Origin: an uncultured Acetivibrio sp.
GTDB lineage: Bacteria > Bacillota > Clostridia > Acetivibrionales > Acetivibrionaceae
DNA length: 64,000 bases
Assembly (NCBI GenBank): GCA_964564015.1
Contig: CAZLZR010000013.1
Location: 18,252-82,251 of the forward strand
Direction of reading: 5' to 3'
The position numbers and the translations under genes are program-made. Below are positions 58,457-64,000 of this stretch, in pieces (the stretch's first letter is position 1; each line of letters opens with the position of its first letter). Below the pieces are notes generated by a model. The model was given only the letters and a program-made list of their open reading frames with translations. It had not been told where the DNA came from and searched no databases.

Positions 58457-59227
58457 ATGTCATCATCTACTTTAAAGCAACAGGAAATGTGGTGTCAATA
58501 TACTGACACAAAGGATCCTGCTATTAAAGAAAAGTTAATAATCGAATACTCACATATTATCAAATATGTGGCGGGAAGACTAAGTATTTATTTCGGTTCA
58601 AATGTTGAATATGATGACCTTATTGGTTATGGTGTCTTTGGTCTCATTGATGCCATTGACAAGTTTGATATCAATAAGGGTGTTAAATTTGAAACCTATG
58701 CTTCCCTTAGGATAAGAGGAGCAATAATTGACAGCATAAGAGAGCTTGATTGGGTTCCAAGATCTTTAAGGCAAAAGAACAAGGAACTTGAAAGGATTTA
58801 TGCTGAAATAGAGAATGATTTGGGCCATTCGGCCACTGATCAGGAAGTAGCTGAAAAACTAGGTATTTCGTTGGATGAATTCTATAAATTATTGAATGAG
58901 GTAAATTTATCCTCTCTAGTATCTTTGGAAGAATTCCTTGAGCAGAATTATGAGGCAGGTGCAAATTTAGCTGGATCCTGTAAGGAAGACAGACCTGAAG
59001 GGTATATGGAAATAACTGAACTGAGGGAAATTCTGGTGGATGCTATATCCAAGCTGCCGGAAAAGGAAAAGACAGTTGTCTCTTTTTACTATTTTGAAGA
59101 TTTGACACTAAAGGAGATAAGTGCGATAATGAAGGTATCAGAATCAAGAATATCTCAATTACACACAAAAGCAATTCTAAGACTACGAGGGAAATTGGCA
59201 CGTCACAGGACTATTTTGGCTGAATAG
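58457..59227 (+). CDS. sigD: Flagellar sigma factor SigD/FliA (sigma-28)
   Basis: Sigma-70 region 2 (YDDLIGYGVFGLIDAIDKFD...FETYASLRIRGAIID), region 3 and region 4.2 HTH (LKEISAIMKVSESRISQLHTKAILRLR). Confidence 0.95.
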   Translation: MSSSTLKQQEMWCQYTDTKDPAIKEKLIIEYSHIIKYVAGRLSIYFGSNVEYDDLIGYGVFGLIDAIDKFDINKGVKFETYASLRIRGAIIDSIRELDWVPRSLRQKNKELERIYAEIENDLGHSATDQEVAEKLGISLDEFYKLLNEVNLSSLVSLEEFLEQNYEAGANLAGSCKEDRPEGYMEITELREILVDAISKLPEKEKTVVSFYYFEDLTLKEISAIMKVSESRISQLHTKAILRLRGKLARHRTILAE

Positions 59228-59365
59228 GTAAATTACTGTTTTTTACTAGGGCAATACGATTTTTGATTTCGCAAAATAGGTAATCTCATTTCAAGTTTTT
59301 TGTTAACCAGAGTATGAATTTATGTTTTAGTCATACCCAAACCTAAGAAAAGGGGGGAACTATAC

Positions 59366-60997
59366 ATGTTGGGTGCAATGGGCAATTCATCCGGCAGTAA
59401 GCTGAATGAAGGTTTTTATGAATTGGAATACAGGGAAAATGGTGTATATCTGATTGTAATTCCTCCTGTAGGAAAAGGAAAAAAGGTTGAGGTCAAAGAG
59501 GTTATTGATAGGTTGACTAGGAAAAAAGTAAGGAACTTTATGATAGAGGCGATAGAACAAGCTTGTTTTAAAGCTGATAAAGTACCAACGCTTATTGCCG
59601 AACCCCAAGATGAAGTTATGATTGATGCACTTGTAAATGTATCGGTTTCATCGGATAAGATGAAGGCATCTATTGAAATTAGTCCGCCTGATGGTGGAAG
59701 AAATGTTAATATTCAGGATGTTATGGATGCATTGAATAAAAATGGTGTATGCTATGGAATTAATAACACCAACCTGGAAAATATAACTACTTACCCTGTT
59801 TATAACGTAGCAATAGACATAGCTGAAGGAACACCGCCAGTAAACGGTCAGAGCGGTAAAATTCAATTCTATTTTGACATAAATAAAGACAATAAGCCGG
59901 CTATATTAGGTGATGGACGCGTTGATTTCAGAGATTTGAACATTATTGAAAGTGTTGAACAGGGAAAAGTGTTATGTTCACTTGTTCCTCCTCTTCCAGG
60001 AGTGCCTGGAAAGACTGTGCTTGGTAGTGAAATACCAGCCATTGACGGTAAACCTGCAAGCATTCCAAAGGGTAAAAACGTAGAAGTATCGGAGGATGGG
60101 CAGAGTCTGATTGCGTCGATTGCCGGACAGGTTAATTATATTGACGGTAAAGTAAATGTATTTGCTACCTATGAAGTGCCTGCAGATGTTGATAATTCAA
60201 CCGGAAACGTAAACTTTATTGGAAATGTTACCATAAGGGGTAATGTACTTTCAGGATTTACGGTTGAAGCAGGCGGTTCTGTAGAGATATGGGGCGTGGT
60301 TGAGGGAGCGGTAATTATTGCCGGAGGAGATATAATTTTAAGAAGAGGAATGCAGGGAATGGGAAAAGGAGTTCTTGTAAGCGGCGGGGACATAATTGCA
60401 AAATATATTGAGAACAGTACCATTGAAGCTAAAGGAGACATTAAGTCTGAAGCTATAATGCATAGTAATGTTAAGTGTGGAAACAAACTGGAATTGTCCG
60501 GCAATAAAGGACTTCTTATTGGAGGAATTTCCAGGGTAGGAAAGGAAGTATCAGCTAAGGTGATAGGTTCATATATGGCAACCGTTACAGAGGTTGAAGT
60601 CGGTGTGGATCCATCGCTCAAGGAGAGATATAAAAAAATAAGAGAAGAAATTATAATGCTTGAAGAAGATATAAAGAAAGCCGACCAGGCTATTGCTATT
60701 TTAAAGAAATTGGAAGCGACCGGCAAAATGTCACCGGAAAAGCAGGAAATGATGGCAAAGAGTGTTAGGACAAAAATTTATTTTGCCAATAAAATAAATG
60801 AACTAAAAGCGGAAAATATTGAAATTGAGCAAAAACTTCAGGAGGATGCACATGGGAAAGTAAAGGCATCTGGTTACATTTATCCCGGTACCAGAGTATC
60901 GATAGGTACATGCACGATGTATGTAAAAGAAAACTTGCAATATTGCACTCTTTACAGGGATGGTGTGGATGTAAGAGTTGGCCCCTTAGATAAGTAG
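59366..60997 (+). CDS. DUF342/FapA-family protein (flagellar-assembly-protein-A-like)
   Basis: 543 aa. Beta-helix-like repeats GNVNFIGNVTIRGNVLSGFTVEAGGSVEIWGVVEGAVIIAGGDIILRRGMQG, then a C-terminal coiled coil and YPGTRVSIG...TLYRDG tail, as recalled for DUF342. Confidence 0.8.
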   Translation: MLGAMGNSSGSKLNEGFYELEYRENGVYLIVIPPVGKGKKVEVKEVIDRLTRKKVRNFMIEAIEQACFKADKVPTLIAEPQDEVMIDALVNVSVSSDKMKASIEISPPDGGRNVNIQDVMDALNKNGVCYGINNTNLENITTYPVYNVAIDIAEGTPPVNGQSGKIQFYFDINKDNKPAILGDGRVDFRDLNIIESVEQGKVLCSLVPPLPGVPGKTVLGSEIPAIDGKPASIPKGKNVEVSEDGQSLIASIAGQVNYIDGKVNVFATYEVPADVDNSTGNVNFIGNVTIRGNVLSGFTVEAGGSVEIWGVVEGAVIIAGGDIILRRGMQGMGKGVLVSGGDIIAKYIENSTIEAKGDIKSEAIMHSNVKCGNKLELSGNKGLLIGGISRVGKEVSAKVIGSYMATVTEVEVGVDPSLKERYKKIREEIIMLEEDIKKADQAIAILKKLEATGKMSPEKQEMMAKSVRTKIYFANKINELKAENIEIEQKLQEDAHGKVKASGYIYPGTRVSIGTCTMYVKENLQYCTLYRDGVDVRVGPLDK

Positions 60998-61108
60998 CAA
61001 CCTGGTTGGTCGTTTCGCAATGCTGTTCTGCTCGCCCGTGCAACCTGGGGCTGGTCGTTTCGCTACGCTGCACTGCTCGCCCATGCAACCTGGATGGTGG
61101 TTCCGCTG
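60997..61108 (+). repeat. G+C-rich tandem direct repeat, about 2.5 copies of a 43-45-nt unit (60997-61039, 61040-61084, 61085-~61108)
   Basis: Copy 1 is gcaacctggttggtcgtttcgcaatgctgttctgctcgcccgt. Copy 2 is gcaacctggggctggtcgtttcgctacgctgcactgctcgcccat. Copy 3 (partial) is gcaacctggatggtggttccgctg. The array starts at the last base of the DUF342 stop codon. Confidence 0.85.
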
Positions 61109-61130
61109 TTTTGTTGAAAGGATGATGATT

Positions 61131-61436
61131 ATGTCTGTCAAACCAGTTGATTTTCAGGTACAGATCCCAAAGACTAATGAAGTCTCTAAGATCATTAGCG
61201 ATGAGCGGCACAAAAACGATGTTGTTTCGCAGCAGCAGACTCAACTGAATCAGAATAAAGCACAGGATAGTGTAAGTTTAGTTCACTCACAGGATAACAC
61301 CCAAAAGTCAAAAATTAATGAAAAACAAAATAAAAATTCAAAAGAAAAGAAGGAAAAGGGAAATAAGAAGAGAACTTATAATAACGACAGTTCATTAGAA
61401 GAAGAGCAAACCAGCACAATTGATATAAGGCTTTAG
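61131..61436 (+). CDS. Hypothetical small hydrophilic Lys/Gln/Asn-rich protein (101 aa)
   Basis: ATG 8 nt after gaaagga. The ORF-track upstream extension (61020-61130) merely translates the tandem repeat. No recognised motif. Confidence 0.5.
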   Translation: MSVKPVDFQVQIPKTNEVSKIISDERHKNDVVSQQQTQLNQNKAQDSVSLVHSQDNTQKSKINEKQNKNSKEKKEKGNKKRTYNNDSSLEEEQTSTIDIRL

Positions 61437-61486
61437 TAGATTAAATCTTGTTAACCCTACGAAGGATAAACTTAAGGAGTGTTTTT

Positions 61487-62092
61487 ATGGTTGGCTTTTA
61501 TATGAGTATAATGTTCATAGGTATAATTCTGATAGTAGTATCCCTTGTTTTGATTGCTTTTGACAAAAAGAAAGCTTTCGATGCCGAGCTTCGTATCGAT
61601 GAAAAAAAGGCTGAGCTTGTAAGAATAATAAGGGATGCAGAGATGATGGTGGAAGAACTTAATAAATTCTCCGACTATGTAGTTACTCAGATATCAGGAA
61701 AAAACAGCGAAATGGAAGAAAGCTTTAAGCAGGCCGACAGACTTATAGAAACAATGAAGATTGAGACAGGCTGTTTTTATGAAACTCTGAAATTCCAGAA
61801 TGAAGTTAAAGGAAACAGTTACGCCCCCAGTATAAACCATAGATCTGTTGATACAAATCTAAGTAGAAAGAACGAACAGGTTGAGGAGAGTGTGGAAGAG
61901 ATTCTTAATCCTGTTGTAAAAAGTTCAAAAATTAATCCGCAAATGAAAGAAAAAGACAAGGTTATACCCATAAACAGCAGGTATATTGAAGTTATAACAC
62001 TTTCTAAAAAAGGTCTTAATGAAACAGAGATAGCTCGGAAGCTGAATATGGGTAAGGGTGAAATTCAGCTTATTCTTGGAGTTAGCCAATAA
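61487..62092 (+). CDS. Hypothetical membrane-anchored protein with C-terminal helix-turn-helix-like segment
   Basis: ATG after taaggag. N-terminal TM (MSIMFIGIILIVVSLVLIAF), coiled region, C-terminal LSKKGLNETEIARKLNMGKGEIQLILG resembling a sigma-70 region-4/LuxR-type HTH. Confidence 0.6.
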   Translation: MVGFYMSIMFIGIILIVVSLVLIAFDKKKAFDAELRIDEKKAELVRIIRDAEMMVEELNKFSDYVVTQISGKNSEMEESFKQADRLIETMKIETGCFYETLKFQNEVKGNSYAPSINHRSVDTNLSRKNEQVEESVEEILNPVVKSSKINPQMKEKDKVIPINSRYIEVITLSKKGLNETEIARKLNMGKGEIQLILGVSQ

Positions 62093-62110
62093 TAAAGAAA
62101 AGGTTCCGTA

Positions 62111-62131
62111 AAAGCGCATATGCGCTTTTTT
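62111..62131 (+). terminator. Intrinsic terminator
   Basis: aaaagcgc-atat-gcgctttttt. Confidence 0.6.
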
Positions 62132-62185
62132 GCAGTTAATGAAATTTTTATGGAAAAATTCGGTTAACTAGTATCGGAGGATATC

Positions 62186-62815
62186 ATGCAAAATTTTAAT
62201 GGGAAGAGTATTATACTTGGAATTGGGATTGGAATAGTATTGACTGCTTTTATCGGCACAATCTATTCAACGGGATATGATCAGAGTATGGATAAAGAGG
62301 AAATAATTGAAATGGCTAAGCATTACGGTATGATTTTTAGTGAAGATCTTATTCTTGAGAGCACTAATCAAACCAATAGCAGTGAAGATAAGCAAGAAGA
62401 TAAGCAAGAAGATAAGCAAGAAGATAAGCAAGAAGATAAGCAAGAAGGCAAGCAAGAAGGTAAGCAAGAAGGTAAACAAGAAGATAAACAGGAAGATAAA
62501 GGTGAAACAGTTGAAAATGCTGCGGGTAAGGATGGACAGAAAGCAGTGCCCGAAGCCCAAACAACAGTGGCACCTTTACCAACAGCAGAAAATGCTGCTA
62601 AAGAGGATGTAGTTATAAGTATCCGGCCTGGATATACGTCAGAGATTTTGGCAAAAAGGCTTTTTGAGGCCGGTCTTATTCAAGATGCAGATAGTTTTGT
62701 AAATCACCTTGTTTCAATGAACCTTGAAGGAGCTATTCAAGTAGGTGATTTCAGAATAAGAAAAGGAAGCGATTATAACACTATTGCAAGGGTAGTTACT
62801 ATGACCGGTGGATAA
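62186..62815 (+). CDS. Membrane-anchored protein with (E-D/G-K-Q) repeat linker and C-terminal YceG/MltG-N-terminal-like domain
   Basis: N-terminal TM (IILGIGIGIVLTAFIGTI), 10 EDKQ/EGKQ repeats. C-terminal ISIRPGYTSEILAKRLFEAGLIQDADSFVNHL...GDFRIRKGSDYNTIARVV resembles the small N-terminal domain of YceG-family proteins (from memory). Confidence 0.6.
   Translation: MQNFNGKSIILGIGIGIVLTAFIGTIYSTGYDQSMDKEEIIEMAKHYGMIFSEDLILESTNQTNSSEDKQEDKQEDKQEDKQEDKQEGKQEGKQEGKQEDKQEDKGETVENAAGKDGQKAVPEAQTTVAPLPTAENAAKEDVVISIRPGYTSEILAKRLFEAGLIQDADSFVNHLVSMNLEGAIQVGDFRIRKGSDYNTIARVVTMTGG
62384..62503 (+). repeat. 10 tandem 12-nt units (gaagataagcaa and variants) encoding (EDKQ)5(EGKQ)3(EDKQ)1(EDKG)1
   Basis: Five perfect gaagataagcaa units at 62384-62443, then five variants through 62503. 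Confidence 0.9.
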
Positions 62816-62878
62816 GATTGAGGAGCTGATTTGCTGCTATTAATGGATTAATAACTGCTGTGGCAAACAGTTGAAAGA

Positions 62879-62924
62879 GAACATCTCAAAAAGTCTAAAA
62901 ACAGACTTTTGAGATGTTTTGTTA
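62879..62924 (+). terminator. Intrinsic terminator
   Basis: aacatctcaaaaagtct / agacttttgagatgtt stem (one bulged A) followed by ttttgtt. Confidence 0.7.
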
Positions 62925-63094
62925 TGTTAAGGAAATTTGTTTCTTTAGGCGCATTTAATGGACTATGGCTAATATTAGTTACTATCAAAGGTGATTCTGG
63001 TTATTCCGTGTCTTTTGAATGGGAAATATTTGAAGCTAGAGGTAGGCTGATGCTATACTATAACCACATGTTATAATGACAAAGGAGAGAGAAG

Positions 63095-63892
63095 ATGAGA
63101 GCAAAATTACCAATACTGATAGTTATGATACTTTTACTTTCCGGCTGTAGCATTGCTCAGGCGGAGATTAACCATAAGATTGAAGTACGCTCGTATTCAG
63201 AGCAATTAATAGAGGTTGAGCAAACCGATAATTTGGATATATCATGTGATTCAAGCAACATAGAGGTATACGTCTGGAACAGGGATGCCATAAAATTTGA
63301 GATAACCAGAAGGATTAGAGGAGCATATAAAAAGGAAATACTTCTAGAAAAGCTGGAAGATTTTTATATAGATATAAATAATGATAATGATTCTGTAAGT
63401 TTAAAAACTAATTATACGGGAAGCCGAAAAAAATCACTGGAAACAAGCGTTGATTTAAAGGTATACATCCCAAGAAAAATAGAGAGTATGAACCATAAGA
63501 TTGATTATGGGAGTATCAAGTTTTTTGACGACATACGGGGAGTTTTGAATGCGGATCTCGACAATGCAGACATAGAAATTAACAGGCTGGACGGGATATT
63601 GAATATTACCGGTAATGGTGGGGATGTAAAGGTTTCGGGTGGCAAAATGAGCGGTAGCTCCAGTATTTGCATACTTGATGGAAATATAAGCGTAAAAGCT
63701 GAATTTGACGAGACGGGAGAATATATTTTCAGTACGAGACGGGGATGTATTGAAGTTTGTGCTCCTTCAGATTCAAAGGTGGGTTTTGATACGGTGGGAA
63801 AATTGGAGGCAAATGAGTTTGGGGGTAAGGACAAGACATCAAAAGTTTGGATTAGTAGTGAGATAGGTAGTATTGCCGTAAGAAAATATTAA
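63095..63892 (+). CDS. Lipoprotein, DUF4097-like beta-strand-repeat (putative adhesin) protein
   Basis: Lipobox LLLSGC after a signal peptide. Repetitive GD/GN-containing beta-strand segments (ITGNGGDVKVSGG, ILDGNISVKA, SSEIGSIAVRK). RBS aaggagaga. Confidence 0.65.
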   Translation: MRAKLPILIVMILLLSGCSIAQAEINHKIEVRSYSEQLIEVEQTDNLDISCDSSNIEVYVWNRDAIKFEITRRIRGAYKKEILLEKLEDFYIDINNDNDSVSLKTNYTGSRKKSLETSVDLKVYIPRKIESMNHKIDYGSIKFFDDIRGVLNADLDNADIEINRLDGILNITGNGGDVKVSGGKMSGSSSICILDGNISVKAEFDETGEYIFSTRRGCIEVCAPSDSKVGFDTVGKLEANEFGGKDKTSKVWISSEIGSIAVRKY

Positions 63893-64000
63893 CTAGGATT
63901 TTCCTCTTTTTTATGCTAAAATGGGATATAAGCTAAACAAAATCTATAGTAACCATTTAATAAGGTGGCATTTTTTAAATGCTTCTTTTGTTTTGGCGCT

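Noticed and set aside
61020-61130. N-terminal extension of the 138-aa ORF, and the 159-aa minus-strand ORF (60765-61244) crossing the tandem repeats
   Set aside because: The peptide sequence simply mirrors the DNA repeat (e.g. SPRLHGRA.Q..ETT twice). The RBS gaaagga precedes the ATG at 61131, so the repeat is treated as non-coding.
1-64000. Search for sigma-D (TAAA-N15-GCCGATAT) promoters upstream of the MCP/cheW pair, flgB, DUF342 and the downstream small genes
   Set aside because: Only partial matches were seen (e.g. tcggatat near 28038 without a TAAA at the correct spacing). None is good enough to annotate.
1-64000. CRISPR arrays, transposases, integrases, prophage genes, toxin-antitoxin or known defence-system genes
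   Set aside because: None recognised. All large ORFs have housekeeping, flagellar/chemotaxis, cellulosomal or envelope assignments, and the only tandem repeats lack spacer architecture.

Overview
AT-rich Firmicute (Clostridia) chromosome segment, apparently from a motile, cellulosome-producing organism of the Acetivibrio/Ruminiclostridium type; this taxonomic call is inference from gene content. Three blocks are visible. (1) 1-22.3 kb is a mixed neighbourhood: an MCP-CheW pair and three dockerin-bearing glycoside hydrolases (GH5, GH9, GH8). It also holds a single-cohesin protein with copper-amine-oxidase-N-like modules, a 1292-aa CBM6/SLH surface protein, an LtaS-family sulfatase, an orphan type II thioesterase, cdd, a TPR protein and yifB/comM. 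(2) 22.6-27.5 kb is the conserved dprA-topA-trmFO block. (3) 28.4-59.2 kb is a Bacillus-type fla/che super-operon running flgB-flgC-fliE-fliF-fliG-fliH-fliI-fliJ-(MgtE_N protein)-fliK-flgD-flgE-flbD-fliL-fliM-fliY-cheY-fliO-fliP-fliQ-fliR-flhB-flhA-flhF-flhG-PilZ-cheB-cheA-cheW-cheC-cheD-(TM protein)-sigD. It is followed by DUF342/FapA and several uncharacterised small or membrane proteins. No rRNA, tRNA, CRISPR array, transposase or integrase was seen. The most unusual signals are non-coding or architectural. First, a 920-bp ORF-free gap between trmFO and flgB contains a ~260-bp G+C-enriched nested inverted-repeat element. Second, a decayed second copy of the yifB 3' end lies downstream of the GH8 gene, which suggests cassette insertion. 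Third, the cohesin protein carries non-SLH putative wall-binding modules. Fourth, G+C-rich 43-45-bp tandem repeats follow the DUF342 gene. Finally, there are several repeat or hairpin elements in internal spacers of the flagellar operon. All calls rest on reading the sequence and recalled family motifs; no database search was run.
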